Shown here: one piece after another, positions 1 through 15,030 of the stretch
How the letters are laid out: every line of letters starts with the position of its first letter
How positions within the stretch are numbered: position 1 is the stretch's first letter
DNA from: Octopus vulgaris
Taxonomy: Eukaryota
Direction of reading: 5' to 3'
NCBI GenBank assembly: GCA_951406725.2
Contig: OX597817.1
Location: 84,568,001-84,632,000, forward strand
Length of the DNA stretch: 64,000 bases
Position numbers and translations under genes: made by a program
Notes under the pieces: model-generated
The model's input: the letters and a program-made list of their open reading frames with translations, nothing else
What the model was told of the DNA's origin: nothing
Database searches by the model: none

Positions 1-924
1 GATTTCCATTATTTTATTTAACACAATATTAGAGTACTTTTTAGTAATCTTATTCTCTTCAGTTTTGCCTGGCACATTTTTCTGAAGTGGGTTTCTCTTC
101 AGATTAAAAAAACACACACAACTTTTTACAGATTCCTGCTCTTCTTTAAAAACATATTACTCTTTACAATGTCCCTTCTCTTCCTTACAAACATATAACC
201 ATTTACGGTTTCCCTCCTTTTTTGACAAATATATTACCTTTTACAGCTCCCCTCCTCAACCGTACAAACTTATCATAAGTTGTGATGGTCATAATATGAT
301 CCTTCACAACTCCCTTTCTCTTCTTTTTAAAGTGAGGTGTTCAGGAATGAGAGAGTAAGAGAAAGGAACAGCCTGTTTTTGGTAGGTTTCTTTGGAAAAC
401 TTTTGGACATTGTATATACATGCATGTTTGTATGTGTATGCTTCATATATTCATAATACATACAAACATTTAACCAGTTTTGCATTAGAATATACACACA
501 GACATACTGTCGTACTTGCAAGCTGTATCTTAACATTACTCTCCTATGTAAACGTTTGCTTCAGAGATTTTATTTGGAATTTGGTAAGAAATCAAGTATT
601 CAGTTTTTCATTTCCTTCATTTAATTGCCCTTTCGTTTCTTTCATTAAAAATCAAAATGTTTTGTGTTATCGGGTATCCCGTAGTTTACTGTCTGAAATA
701 CGAATTTGTCATCATAACATAATAAGCTACTCAAGTCACTGAGCGAATGCACAAAAGGTACGTAACTCTTTCATTTTCGACATTTTGTAGAATAGAAATT
801 TCCGTTCCATCAGAAGTACAAATATAAAAAAAAACAATTCGTAAAATAGCAAAAATATAAAAGTTACGGGATACGGATTTGAAAAAGATGTATGTGCTTA
901 TATGTAGTTGAGTAATGTTTCTAT

Positions 925-1016
<92 letters not shown>

Positions 1017-1061
1017 ATACAGATGACACAGGAAAAATAATGGCTATGTTATGAACTTATT

Positions 1062-1130
1062 AGCTTACAGCTGTTTCTGCTATAAGATGCAGTGGATTGC
1101 TAGTTGAGTGCATACAGCTTCATCGGAGCC
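1062..1130 (-). ncRNA. Hammerhead ribozyme motif (Penelope-type, core U4->C)
   Basis: Minus strand reads GGCT-CCGATGA-A-GCTGTA...TATAGC-A-GAAA-CAGCTG-TA-AGCT. Stem I GGCT/AGCT, palindromic stem III ACAGCTGT, GUA triplet. The host element is bounded by (TA)n. Confidence 0.55.
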
Positions 1131-1255
1131 TCTGATATGAACTGCAATTCATTTCGGGGGAAAAGAATTACATTTGTGTAATATAAAGGGAAGGCATTAT
1201 CAGTGAGAATGTCATCACTGATATATATATAAAAAAAGTGTATGTCCAAAAAGAC

Positions 1256-1289
<34 letters not shown>

Positions 1290-1293
1290 TGTA

Positions 1294-1624
1294 TATAAAT
1301 TAGAGAAAAACTACCTTTTATATTTAAATTGAATTGATTTTAGTGTTATCAGTTTGAAATTATAGCTACGAAACACGTGTAGTCCATCTACCAATTATAT
1401 ACTTTTTATTTATTACTTTATACATTACTTAATTATTGGTATATGTTTTATTGTACATTTGATTTTTTTCTATGTGGCATAATTTGATTATATCATTGTT
1501 ATTTCATCGTTGAATAGATAAAAGGTGTTTTTTCTCTAATTTATACACATATATTATATATTGTGAAATTTGATTCAGTATTACTAAATTGAATTTTTCC
1601 CTGTAAGTTTGGAATAATATTCCC

Positions 1625-1626
<2 letters not shown>
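1294..1626 (+). mobile_element. Fold-back Penelope-like pLTR remnant with 3' tail
   Basis: Inverted arms at 1294-1322 and 1518-1545. A hammerhead 3' half GAAACACGTGTA starts at 1370. The ~80-nt tail is shared with 62940-63020. Confidence 0.5.
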
Positions 1627-1697
<71 letters not shown>

Positions 1698-1698
<1 letters not shown>

Positions 1699-1995
1699 TG
1701 TAGTTTTATTTTTATAGCGTGCTTTCACTCCACTACCGAGCGCAGCTCTGTGTGCCTTGGGTATGTGCTGTGATTTGTTGTGATGCTCTGATGGTTATTG
1801 TATGGAAAGTGTTCTGCGTAGGATGTGTGCAGTGCCTAGTAGTGCAATTTTCTGTATGTTATATGTGTTTGTAAGTCCTGGTGTTTTTGTTATGTATTTG
1901 TCTGAATATTTTTTATCATGCCTAATGCACCTACTATGATAGGAATTGTTTCTGTTTTCAGATTCCACATTCTAGTTACCTCTATTTCCAGGTCT
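1698..1995 (-). mobile_element. R4/Dong-type RLE non-LTR retrotransposon, 3' fragment
   Basis: RLE C-terminus DLEIEVTRMWNLKTETIPIIVGALGMIK plus 3' UTR, with (TTA)n on both sides. Confidence 0.75.
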
Positions 1996-2006
1996 ATTAT
2001 TACCTC

Positions 2007-2063
<57 letters not shown>

Positions 2064-2096
2064 TAGTATCATTATTATTATTATCATATATCTATA

Positions 2097-3500
2097 CAGT
2101 GTACCCCCAGCTTTTTTCGCGGTTTGGCATTCGTGGTCCCGGTTATTCGCAGAACTAATAATCGTTTGCAGAAACCATCGCATATTCGCGAAATCGTAAA
2201 TATCGTCCGCGACTTTTTATGCCATTTTTCTTGGCAATACATACTTTTTCACACTTTTTAAGGCTAAACTATTAATTATAGTGATTAGGATAGCCACGCA
2301 TCACTTCGCTTGATTTTGTTTTTAGATGCAAGTACACTGTATCTTGTATCTCTTATTCTTGCTTTCAACCAAAGTTTCCTAATTAGTATAGCGACTACTA
2401 GCGCTTTTTTTAAAAAACCATCGCTATATTTGATCATACACAAAGTTTATTTCAACAGGATAATTTTTAAGGTCGTGAGTCAATATAGCCTCATTCAAAT
2501 TAGGTTACTTGCTGGTCCCTCTCTCTCTCTCTTTCTTTCTTTCTTCCTTTCTCTGTTATTATTATAGTATAGATTACTGTATCTAGTGGTAATGCAAACC
2601 AAAATTTTCAAACCCATAGTTGCTTTTAATCTCTGTTCAATCCCCCATTGGTGGTATGCGCATATTAGACGCAATGAAGATTTTTAGCAGGATTTTTGGG
2701 TGGGGGACAGGGAAACAGCGTCCAGTAGCTATCTTCAGCATTTTGTTGAGTGCCGTGTTTTTCGCAGCGTTTTATTAAAGCCTTAAGATAACTCCCAAAT
2801 ACCCTACACCTTCTACGGCTTCTGGCAGTGAATCTAAGCGCCATAAAAAAGGTTATAACGGTCCATGAGAATGCTCAGCTGCTGGGTATGTTCCGGAAAG
2901 GTAAAAGTTATGCTGCAGTAGATCACTATTATCTTGTCAACGAAAGCACCATACGCTGCAAAAAATAAAAAGAACGAGATGGTGATCAGGATTACTGTAG
3001 CAGTACGTTTCTGTGAAAGTGCCAAAAAGATAACGATAGTGAGAAATAAGTACTTCGTCAGTATGGAATCTACTTTGGCATTGTGGATCATTGACTGCAA
3101 GAAGAAAAGCATCCCCTTGAGCGGTAACATCATCCGCGAGAAAGAGCGGAAATTATACCAGCAGTTCGACACAGGAGACGGAGCAGAAGGCACCGAAGAA
3201 CCGCAACCCGGACTATTGGCAGCACCGGAGCCCAAATATTTTCGAACCAGCAAGGGATAGTTTGACCGTTTCCTGAAACGGTTTAAAGTAAAGTGTGTTT
3301 CTCTGCATGGAGAGACAACATCAGCCGACAACAAAGCCGCCGAGAAGTACCTCGAGACCTTCAGGTAGATCGTCGAGGACAAAAGATACAAACCAGAACA
3401 GATTTTCAATATGCACGAGACTGGATTATTCTGGGAGAAGATGCTTTCCACAACGTACATCATGAAGGACGAAGCGGGAGCAACTGTTTTCTTGATGACA
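2097..3500 (+). mobile_element. Decayed Tigger/pogo DNA transposon
   Basis: TA|CAGTGTACCCC left end. CENP-B-type HTH (MESTLALWI..CKKKSIPLSGNIIREK..LY) followed by SKG*FDRFLKRF..SLHGE..SAD and the start of a DDE domain (QIFNMHETGLFW), with in-frame stops. Confidence 0.8.
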
Positions 3501-3683
3501 CATCTTGTCATAATTGCTCGAAATGTGGAGTAAAAACACACCCGACAACTGATGAAGGGTCGTTCTTTATGTTACTTGTCTTGTTTTCCATGTGTTTCTT
3601 TCTTTGTTCGCAAAAAAAAGTTCGTATTCCATGTTTCATATGGTTTACGGTTTATGACGTCCTGTACCCATATATGCATATGT

Positions 3684-3980
3684 GGAGGCACATGGCCTAG
3701 TGGTTAGAGCAGCGAACTCGCGGTCAAGGGATCGTGGGTTCGAATCTCAGACCGGGCGATGTGTGTGTTTATGAGTGATACATTTAAGCTCCACGCGACT
3801 CCGGCAGAAGATAATGGCGAACCTCTGCTGACTCTTACGCCACAACTTTCTCTCACTCTTTCCTCCAGCATCTTGCGGCTCACCTGTGTCGGACCGGCGT
3901 CCCATCCAGGTGGGGAACCTATACGCCACGAAACCGGGAAACCGGCCCTTATGAGCCAGGCATGGCTCGAGAAAGAACAA
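3684..3980 (+). mobile_element. tRNA-derived SINE (family A)
   Basis: A box TGGCCTAGTGG and B box GGTTCGAATC. The head and body are shared with 26731-27037. Confidence 0.8.
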
Positions 3981-4018
3981 CATATATGCATATGTATATA
4001 CATATATAAGTATGTACA

Positions 4019-4080
<62 letters not shown>

Positions 4081-4082
<2 letters not shown>

Positions 4083-4199
4083 TCCTGGTGTTTTTGTTAT
4101 GTATTTGTCTGAATATTTTTTATCATGCCTAATGCACCTACTATGATAGGAATTGTTTCTGTTTTCAGATTCCACATTCTAGTTACCTCTATTTCCAGG
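4081..4199 (-). repeat. 119-bp copy of 1874-1992 (RLE LINE fragment) inside (TA)n
   Basis: Identical by eye to 1874-1992. Confidence 0.8.
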
Positions 4200-4200
4200 A

Positions 4201-4285
<85 letters not shown>

Positions 4286-5064
4286 CGCCATTTAAATGGC
4301 GCCAGTAATGCTCTAAGCACTCAGCTCTGAAAGCAATGCTTCTTATAGCAGAAATGGTTGTAAGCTAATGAAAGTGAATGTTCTTTTGTCAGTCATTAAC
4401 TGTTATTACGTTCTGTATTTACTTGATGCTTTATTAAAAAATATAAGTGTATTGGGTTCTCACAACTGGTTATTAGCATCAATATGCCTATGTGAAATAA
4501 TACATGTGTTCGCGGGCATGTGTGTACGTAGATTGCATAAAAGAAAAATTCTGCATAGACTGTGAAACAAAATTATATAACTCCTCAATGACAAAGTAAG
4601 ATTGTCCACTAATTTTAGTGATAAAAAAAACTAACCACAAATGAAATATATAAAGCCTAAAGAAAATTATTTTCAAAAGATTACTTATTAGTAAAATTGT
4701 ACATGTCTCACTTGGTCTCAAATAGAGTTGCTATAATTACTGAAGAAATATCGTAATCTAAGTTTTAAAACAAAAAAATTATGCCCCAAATTGCTCCATC
4801 ATTTCTACACAGAACAAAACACAACTTAAAAGTTACTTGACAGCTTGCGCTCGAAATTGCTCCATAATTTTCATCACTTGCTGACTGCTTTTTTCTGTTT
4901 CTATGTGACTCTCTGTTTCTGCGTACATGTGTATGTGTGTAGTCCCGTCTGTACATACTGTCTGTAGTTGTACTGTATTTGCGATTGCTTCTCCGTATTT
5001 GTTGCATATGAGCTATGGCATACGAATGCCGTGTCACGAGACAGGTACATATAAGAGATTTTTA

Positions 5065-5262
5065 GAGCTGATATAATCTTTAGCGTGCTGAATGAAATGC
5101 TTAGCGGTATTTCGCCCGTCGCTACGTTCTGAGGTCCAATTCCACCGAGGTCGACTTTGCCCTTTATCCTTTCGGGGTCGATAAATTAAGTGCCAGTGAA
5201 ACACTGGGGCCAGTGTAACCCCTTCACCAAATTTCAAACCTTGTGCCTATAGTAGAAAGGAT
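5065..5262 (+). mobile_element. SINE family B
   Basis: Diagnostic GAGGTCGACTTTGCCTTT.ATCCTTTCGGGGTCGATAAATTAAG core, with many copies in the window. Confidence 0.8.
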
Positions 5263-5276
5263 TATTATTATTATGA

Positions 5277-5356
<80 letters not shown>

Positions 5357-5360
<4 letters not shown>

Positions 5361-5655
5361 CCTTTCCACAGCTTCTAAAGCTGGAGATGTTTTACAGTGT
5401 CAGTTCTTCACTACCAGTGAACAAAGGTAACACCTATTATTTTTCGAGCACCTTCCGGAATATTCGAGCGGTTCCAAGCAGTGCTGTTTTCTGAAAGTGA
5501 TCCACCCTTATTGCAACCTCTATTTGTTCCACGTACTTCTCGAGACTTTTGCTCGCTGTTCCCAGGGCTCCGACAATTATAGGTACTACTGCTACCTTTT
5601 TCATCGACCACAACTGCTTAACTTCCCAAGCTAACTTGTCATATCTCTCAACTTT
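5357..5655 (-). mobile_element. R4/Dong-type RLE LINE, 3' fragment (second family)
   Basis: Minus strand reads ERYDKLAWEVKQLWSMKKVAVVPIIVGALG...QKTALLGTARIFRKVLEK*. The 3' end abuts (TAA)n. Confidence 0.75.
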
Positions 5656-5682
5656 TTAAACATATTAAAGAACAGTAGTAGC

Positions 5683-6228
5683 TCAACATGTCGTGTATGT
5701 AAACAACAAAGTGAAACCATTGATCACGTTGTCTCCATCTACAGTCTTCTTGCGCCTACAGAGTATCTCAACAAGTATGATAGAGCAGCACAGTATATTC
5801 ACTGGGTAATTTGCAAAGACTTGGACCTGCCCCATGATAAAAACTGGTGGGAACACAAACCACCTCCAGTGCTTCAAAATAACCACAGCTCACTTCTTTG
5901 GAGCTTCACCATTCATACCGACAGAAAGATAGATGCAAATAGGCCAGGCCAGACATTATATTGAAGGACTTCAGACAAAAATCATGCCTCCTCATCGATA
6001 TGACTGTTTCAATCAACATAAACGTGTCTGTCAAAACGTAACAAAAACTAAGCAAGTATAAAAATTGAAATAAAAATTGGCAAAATGTGGAACCGCAAGT
6101 TTAAAACAATACCTGTTGTCATAGGTACCCTAAGAATGATAGCAAAAGGAGCTGATTGCGACCTGGCCCAAATACTGGAAGAAATTCCAAAACTGGAAGA
6201 AATTCCAAAAAATAGTGCTCATGGGAAC
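5683..6228 (+). mobile_element. R4/Dong-type RLE LINE fragment (CCHC + RLE)
   Basis: Homologous to 7900-8290 and retains the segment that is deleted in that copy. ANRP..DIILKDF...LIDMTV motif. Confidence 0.75.
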
Positions 6229-6473
6229 TACATAGACAATATTTCAAGTAAAGTTCCCCTGAAGTGTGAATACAAACGGAATAAAACAAGTTTCGTGTAA
6301 ATCGGACCAGTGGTTATTGAAATATTCGGCTTTTGGGGGTATAAATACCCAAAACGGTGCACAATGGAGAAATACTCCAAAAATAACAATCCTGAAAGGG
6401 AAGAAACTCTAACCTTTCCATTAGACATTATGATGGGTAAAATATTTTAAAGTGAAAACGACTTTAAAAATAC

Positions 6474-7399
<926 letters not shown>

Positions 7400-7663
7400 C
7401 AAGATAGGGACAGGCATGGGAATAGAAGGATCGATGAGACTTATAAAGCAAGAGCTGAGTGTCTGACGGAACAGAGAGAAAGAGACAGAAGCAAGAGAGA
7501 TCAGAAATCGGACACTTGAAGAGTTGAGCGTCTGGCGAAACAGGGAAAAAGAGAAAAGCAGAAGACGTCATGAGTCGGATGCTCATGTGAATATTCACAT
7601 AAATCGAACCACGGATTCCCGAGATACGCGGTTTTTCGGGTACCAATGGATTACGGTAGTCTA

Positions 7664-7664
<1 letters not shown>
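7400..7664 (+). mobile_element. Possible Helitron 3' end
   Basis: Subterminal hairpins (CCCGAG..TCGGG and TACC..GGTA) followed by CTAG|T. Confidence 0.35.
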
Positions 7665-7758
<94 letters not shown>

Positions 7759-7760
7759 CA

Positions 7761-10057
7761 TTCTATGTTTGACTTTTGCTTCACATTTGTACAAGTTTGA
7801 CTTTTGCTTTATATTTGTACAAGTTGGCTCCAAGTCTCACCCAGAGACCTCAAGAGACAAGTTGGAAGTTCATGTTGTTTTAAAACTTTAGATTACATAG
7901 AAAGTATTTTGCGTAGGATATGAGCAGTTCCCATGAGCACTATCTTTTGAATTTCTGCCATTTTGGGGGTTTCCTGGTATCTGAGTTAGGTAGCAATCAG
8001 CCCCTTTTGCTATCATTCCCAGGGCAGCTATGACAACAGGTATTGTTTTAGTCTTTAGGTTCCACATTTTGCTGATTTCTATTTCATGATCTTTATATTT
8101 GCTCAGTTTTTGGTAGGTCTTGACAGATACGTTTATATCGATTGGGACAGTCATATCAATGAGGAGGCATGTTCTTTGTCTGAAGTCTTTCAATATGATG
8201 CCTGGCCTATTTGGAGACAACACTGCACTTGGAGACAACATGATCAATGATTTCATTTTGTTCTTGACATACACGACATGTTGGGCTACTGCCGTTCTTT
8301 AATATGTTGGCCTGGTAGTTCCTTGTTGGTAGGCATTGATCTTGAGCTGCTATGTTAAACCCTTCTGTTTTAGATTTTAAGCCAGAGGCCATTAGCCATT
8401 GATGGGTCAGGGCTTTGTCAACATCTGCATTATTCGCTCTCTTTGGGTATTTGCCATAGAGAGGTTTTTCTTGCCATTTATCATTCAGAATATCTAAGGC
8501 AGCAGTTTTAGCACGGGTTTTCATGCGCTTAGCTTTTTCTGTGCTTGTTTCTTGTATGTCTAATTCCGAAATTTTTTGTATTCGGAATTCACTTAGATAT
8601 TCCTTTGCCTGTTTTGTTACTGAGTATGATGCTTTCTTGTTTTCATGCTTTGAGACAAGTTTTAACATCCAGTCCTCAGAGTTTTTCAGGTAAGTGTCTA
8701 GGCCAATTGTAGCAATCTTCATTGTTATTGCCAGTTGTAAAAGTCCACGGCCTCCCTCTTTTCTTGGCAGATAAAGTAGTTCTATATCTGCCTTAGGGTG
8801 GTGCATTCTATGCATTGTCAATAGTTTTCGTATTTTTCTGTCAAGATTACATATTTCAATAATTGGCCAGTTAACGATATTGAAACTGTAAGTCACGACT
8901 GGTATGGCTAATGCATTGATCGCTTCGATCCTGTTTCTCGTATTCAGCTCTGTCTTGAGTATTGCTCTTACTCTGCGATAACATTCTCTCCTGATCCTTT
9001 CCTTCATCACTGAATGCCTTATTCCGTCCCCTTCAATTACCCCTAGGTACTTGTAGCTCTCCGCTGGGTCTAATTCTTTTATGACATTCTGCTGGTCAAG
9101 GTTAACGTTAGATGTTTCTGTCATTTTTCCTTTGATAAAAGTAGCTTTTGTACATTTATCGAGGCCAAATTGCATTCTGATGTCATCACTGAATTGTTTA
9201 ACAATCGCTAGTAAGCCCTTGAGTTGTTGGTCATTTTTTGCAAAGAGCTTTAAATCATCCATGTAAATGAGATGATTTATATTTTTATCAAACATTTTAT
9301 ACCCGTACTGCGCGTCATTGAGCAATTTTGAGAGGTATTAAGGCTAAACAAAAGAGGAGTGGTGATAGTGAGTCACCCTGGAAAATGCCACATTAAATTT
9401 TTACTTCACCAGCATTTAGAGATTCATTGTAACTGTTCAAAGTTAGTGTGGTTCTCCATGATATCATACTTACAGACAAAAAGTTTCGCAGAGTAGGTGC
9501 TATTTTATACATTTCCAGGCATTTCTTAATCCAGCTATGTGGTAGGCTATCAAAAGCCTTTTTATAGTCTATCCAAGCTATTGATAAGTTTTTGTGTCGT
9601 TTGTGACAATCTTCTAAGATCATCTTATTGATGAGTAGTTGATCTTTACAACCATAGGATCCACGTTTACATGCTTTCTGTTCATTAGGGAATATGCTGC
9701 TGTCTGTTAAAAAACTATAGGTATATTCCGTCAGGACAGATGTTAGCGTTTTATACATAGTTGTTAAGCAGGTTATGGGTCTATAGATTTTTGGTTCATT
9801 TGTTTCTTCACTTTTTGGAAGCAGGAATGTTAACCCATTAACTAGCCAAGGAGGCATCCTACTAGGGTGTTGCAAAACATCATTGTAAAGTTCTGTTAGC
9901 AGTTCATAGCTCTCTGGGAAGGCATTCAACCAGAAGTAGGAATTTTATCCTTTCCTGGAGACTTCCATCTGCTTGACCTCCTGAGAGCAGATCTTATATC
10001 TTCTACCTTGACACCCTCCCACTTTTGCTCTTCTAAGGAGTCCAGTTCTGTAGATAT
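7761..10057 (-). mobile_element. 5'-truncated R4/Dong-type non-LTR retrotransposon (RT + CCHC + RLE), frameshifted
   Basis: YRPITCL, WIDYKKAFDSLPH, GIFQGDSLSPLLF, HLIYMDD, CRVC..DHVVSKC and NRP.IILKD..LIDMTVP motifs. The 3' end runs into (TAA)n. Confidence 0.92.
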
Positions 10058-10108
10058 TCTATCGATCCAGGGGCCCTTTTCTATGTGTGTTTTTTTCTTC
10101 TGCCCAAA

Positions 10109-10169
<61 letters not shown>

Positions 10170-10671
10170 GAGTGAGGGAGCTATGCATAACATCAGAGTA
10201 ACACTGGAATACAAATATACGAAGCCCAATATACCCACCAGGCACATAGATCACAACCATATATGTGCAACCTGGTGGCCTCATATCAAGATAAACAACG
10301 CATGACCATACAAGTGGGGCCCAGTAAAATAATCTTCAACTCGAGTAGCCCATTCTGCTCAAAAGGTTCCTGAATAAGGTTTGTTTAAAGATTATGAACG
10401 AAACACTCATGTTCCCAAGGGTGAATTATTCAAATCCCAAAAAGTTCCTTTTAACATATGGGTATGATACTTCCCCGCTATTTCTACTCGTGGTCAGAGA
10501 TGCGCATATTGTCAGCCACTAAGGGACATGCTCGACTGGTCAAGGTCAAACAGCTGATATGCAAATCTGTGGTACTAAGCAGAATATTAGCGGTAGCCCA
10601 TCTTCTTATACCAAGACAAAACATGTACATAATAACACTTTCAATCAGTTAAGATCAGAAGCCATGTGAGC

Positions 10672-10674
<3 letters not shown>
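10170..10674. mobile_element. Interspersed repeat embedded in (TTA)n
   Basis: Bounded by (TTA)n on both sides. A fragment recurs at ~51803-51862. Confidence 0.55.
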
Positions 10675-10722
<48 letters not shown>

Positions 10723-10924
10723 AAGTAGTAGTAGTAGTAGTAGTAGTAGTTGTAGTAGTAGTAGTAGTGATGCTTTAAGTTTTCCTGCTTATTTCCATTC
10801 CAAGATACCCGCCTTCTTTCTTTTGCATTCATTATTAAAAGGATAAAAAAAAGTCATCTTTATCATCATCATTACTATCATTATCAGCGTCATTATAATC
10901 ATCATCATCGTCATTATTATTATT

Positions 10925-10991
<67 letters not shown>

Positions 10992-10996
10992 GTAAC

Positions 10997-11050
<54 letters not shown>

Positions 11051-12396
11051 CATGCTACTATTATTACTCTGATATATTCTCTGGAAAAGCCTTTTCATGC
11101 TTTCTTTGTAGTTCAGGGATGTGTGTCATGTATGCATCACACACACACGCACATACACACACTCACGCACGCACACACGCGCGCGCGCGCGCGCAGGCAC
11201 ACTCTCTCACATGCAAACAATTATACATCTGTATGCATATATGTGTGTATATGATATGTGTAAGTGTGGTGGGGAGATCTGATCCACTTTTTTTTCCATT
11301 GAATAGAGTTTCACACGCCGCTACCGAGTTTATTATCAAAGAGGTATCATGTATTTCAATGTGCAACTATTTACAAGAGCGCCCGTAGCGACGAACGTGC
11401 AATATGAGCCCAGCTTTTGATCTTACAAAGAAGTGACATTTCTGCATTATTGTATTTTCTATTGGTGCTTTGAATCCACTGCTTTTCGAGTTTTCACACA
11501 TAACTACATACATACATACATACACACTCACGCATTCATATGTACATACAAGCATACGCACAAGCTTAAAGAGATACATGTATACGTGAATAAACACAAA
11601 AGTATGCATCCTTACATCATACAAGATGGCATCGTTGTTAACAGCAATGTAGGCGTAGAGAACCGTTTAAAACGTATGTTTAATTGTTTTCTTCAACAAT
11701 TGTGTTGAGCTAATTCATCTGAGGTCTGTAATCGGATTTTTTTTTCTGATGTAAATAAGAGAAACAGCGTTTACTAAAAATACAATAGCGTAATTCAGAC
11801 TGAATCATACAAAATATTTTCCATAACGCGACGATCGTAGCTTACACTGATAACAATACACCATTTCCGGTATTAATATTACAACCGAAGACGCATAAGT
11901 ATTCATGTCACTTCGTTTGATCGTTACGTTTAAATTAAGATTTACACCAATGCTATCGAAAACCCCTTGAAAATCTTTCTATTGGCCATATAGAAGGGAT
12001 TAAAAATTACTGATACGAGATTTTACCATATCTTAACCACATAATTTAAACAGCTTCGACATCATCTCATTTTTCGTTACCTAAGAAAATGGCTGTCAAA
12101 CAGGGAATTTTATTCTACTCTCTGTGTAGTGTGTCTATTTTCTGTAGACAACAACAGTCGAATGCTATTATAAAAAGGATTGATAAAATTCACAAATTTT
12201 CAACTTCATGACCATCATTATCATAACATTCAACACATCGATAGCATCGTGTCTTGCAAGGAACTGAAATCAAATCTACAACAAATTCTACTCGCCCGCA
12301 AATTTACATTCGAATCTACCAGTAGATATTGAGAACGAAGAGATACGTGACTGTTTGGATTCTCGCTGTTTGCGTCAAGCTCATGAATTATTCTTT

Positions 12397-12595
12397 TCTA
12401 CTCAAGGCACAAGGCCCGAAATTTTGGGGGAGGGGGCCTGTCGATTAGACCGACCCCAGTACTTAATTTATCGACCCCGAAAGGATGAAAGGCATGTCGA
12501 CCTCGGAGGAATTTGAACCCAGAACGTAAAGACAGGCGAAATACAACTAAGCATTTCGGCCGGCGTGCTAACGTTTCTGCCAGCTCGCCGCCTTC
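12397..12595 (-). mobile_element. SINE family B
   Basis: Reverse complement of the family B core with GGCGGCGAGCTGGCAGAA head. Confidence 0.85.
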
Positions 12596-13267
12596 AGGCC
12601 CATGAATTATTATCCGTTTGGAAGACATCAGCTCGCATCAGCAAATAACTTGTTTATTGATTTCTAGCCAGTATTCATTCGAGGGAAGCTTTGACTGAAG
12701 AAACACACAATAAGATCAAAATATTGAGGTGTCTCAAAGTCTCCTTACATCAATGAGTTGCATGTGGGGATGTTCTCCGATGACGAAATACAACAACGAT
12801 CAACATATTCACAATTGAATCTGCCGGCACGAATTGAGAATGGATAGATACATTAATATACAAGATAAAATAATAGCTACAATTGAATATATGTCAGAAA
12901 AGAAGAGAAGAAAGTCCCAGCTAGAAGACTCTCGACCAGTATGTACTCGTCACAAAGAGATATTTCTCAAAACGTGCGCGAAAGCCGTGGGAGAAGGACA
13001 GTCGCAACGAAGCTACATACAATGAACTCTGAGACACCCACATAGGTGCCTTAGAAAATCTTCAAAATTCACAAGCATCACCAAATAATATTTACAAATT
13101 ATACAGAAAAATACAATGGAGAAAATAACAGCACTGTTAGCAACAACAATAAATATTAAACTGCCAATGCTATCTCCATCTCAACTTCATATGTTCCCAT
13201 TAAATGCCTTTAAATGAACGTTTCACATTAAAAAAATAATAACTTTTGCAAAAAGGAGACAAAAAAT

Positions 13268-15030
13268 CTAAGAGTTCTGCAATTTAACTTTGGCATTAAA
13301 GCTGTTATCAAGGAAACAAAAGCATTTTATCATCACACACGACATTCACGATGACATTCACGCAACAATAACTCAGGAAATATATGTATATCTAGAACAT
13401 AAATTATATTTCCAAAATATTCATAAATCAAACTGAACAGACACTTCCTACATAGTTGTGGTCGTATAATACACATAAATTCTTGCATCCAGTATATTAA
13501 CATCGCAAATAGCGTTCGTGAATTGAAATGACAGCACATTATAAATATAGGCTTTCAAATTAAAAACAAATAACACGAATCACGTTGATATACTAAGCAT
13601 GTAGACCACTACCAAAACTCACCAATCGGCCGATCAGGGTACATACCCCATTTATACACCATAATTGGTTGAGAATTCAATCTAGGGAACATCCGGATTT
13701 CAAACCACATGGATAACACAAGAGATAACGCAAACAAAATTCCTTTAGATCCTAAGCAATTATCAAAACACTCGCATTTTCCATTTCAGATTGAACGGCT
13801 CTTCTCCATACATCACATTCTATTTCACACTTATCTAACATAACCACTTAAGAAACATTTTCCAATTTTCTTCGGACCACTTATCAACTATTATCACAAA
13901 TGAGTCGTACATTAATGAAGAAAGCGAACACTTTTACAAACCTCAAAAGGATACAATTGAAGAAATTTCATCTGGATACAGAATCAAGGTTTTCAGAATT
14001 CAATACCACGATCACCAACAGAGACACTGTAGAAAATACATTCACGAAGATAATTACAAATGATTCAAAAAAGTCACATCTCACTAAACCACAAAGAAAA
14101 CCTCTGTTACTCACCAAAAACAGCTAACCTCATATTAACTAGGGACAACCTTTGACACAATAAACCAAAATCACACATCCGGAATAAAATTCTATTTTAA
14201 ATAACTTAACAAATAAATAACAAAAAGTTGGTCGTACAAAAACAGAAAATTGATAAATTTCTGTATCCAGCATAAAGCATAAAATTTACTATAAGCCACA
14301 ATATAAATTAACAGTACTATTAACAACGGTCAAACAACACAGCACTCCCTGTCACAATAAGTGTGTTGAATGTAAAATACCTACGCTTAGAGAGTTTTTC
14401 GAAAATTAACCATCAAAATCACTCAAAGAAGGCAGAAACAGAACAAAAAATACACATCTTCCACATAGACTACGGTTTCTATCTCTCCGTCCCTCAGATA
14501 CCCATAAAACAAAACCTCAGGGACAGAGAAAATCACAAACATATGCCTAATATACCTCAGAATGAAGAATTCACTTTACTTACCAACATCTACACTAATT
14601 TCTAGAATCTGAAAGATAGAGAAATAACATAGCTAAAGGCTAGGTCAAGCCATACAGACCATCACTTACCTAAAAATCCTTGAAAGGCTACTTTTGGACA
14701 TAACTAACCCACACATCCCATTTCTCAACATCGCAACACAGATTCAGACCATTACAATCAACCCCATCATGTTACTCTCAAACATGATCTCCTCAACAAC
14801 AAATAACTGTTACATACACCATTCTAACTACCATCGATGTTAGCATAGCTTTTGATTTCATTCCCCTCTATCCACTTGCACAAAAAATACTGAAAACCAC
14901 CTTAAGAACAACACAAAACTTTGGTTAGCAAATGACTTACCAGGCTACATGACCAACTATTCCAAAACTTGAAAATTTCCGAATAGGTTACCACAGGGGT
15001 CTGTCCTCTTACCTACCTTTCCGCACTTTC
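13268..15030 (+). mobile_element. Highly decayed APE-type LINE (I/Jockey-like)
   Basis: Scattered motifs: LRVLQFN (endonuclease start), YRP, QHRFRP..ST, IDVSIAFD and LPQGSVL, with many stops and frameshifts. Confidence 0.6.

Noticed and set aside
2934-3480. Domesticated TIGD/CENP-B-like host gene
   Set aside because: In-frame stops, deletions and a truncated DDE domain indicate a dead transposon
3544-3580. GACAA-CTGATGA-AGGG...TTGTC hammerhead-like stretch
   Set aside because: Stem I and CUGAUGA are present but the essential GAAA is absent
3684-3756. tRNA-like sequences (also at 26731, 31855 and 33600)
   Set aside because: The acceptor stem does not close and each continues into a SINE body, so these are SINE heads and not tRNA genes
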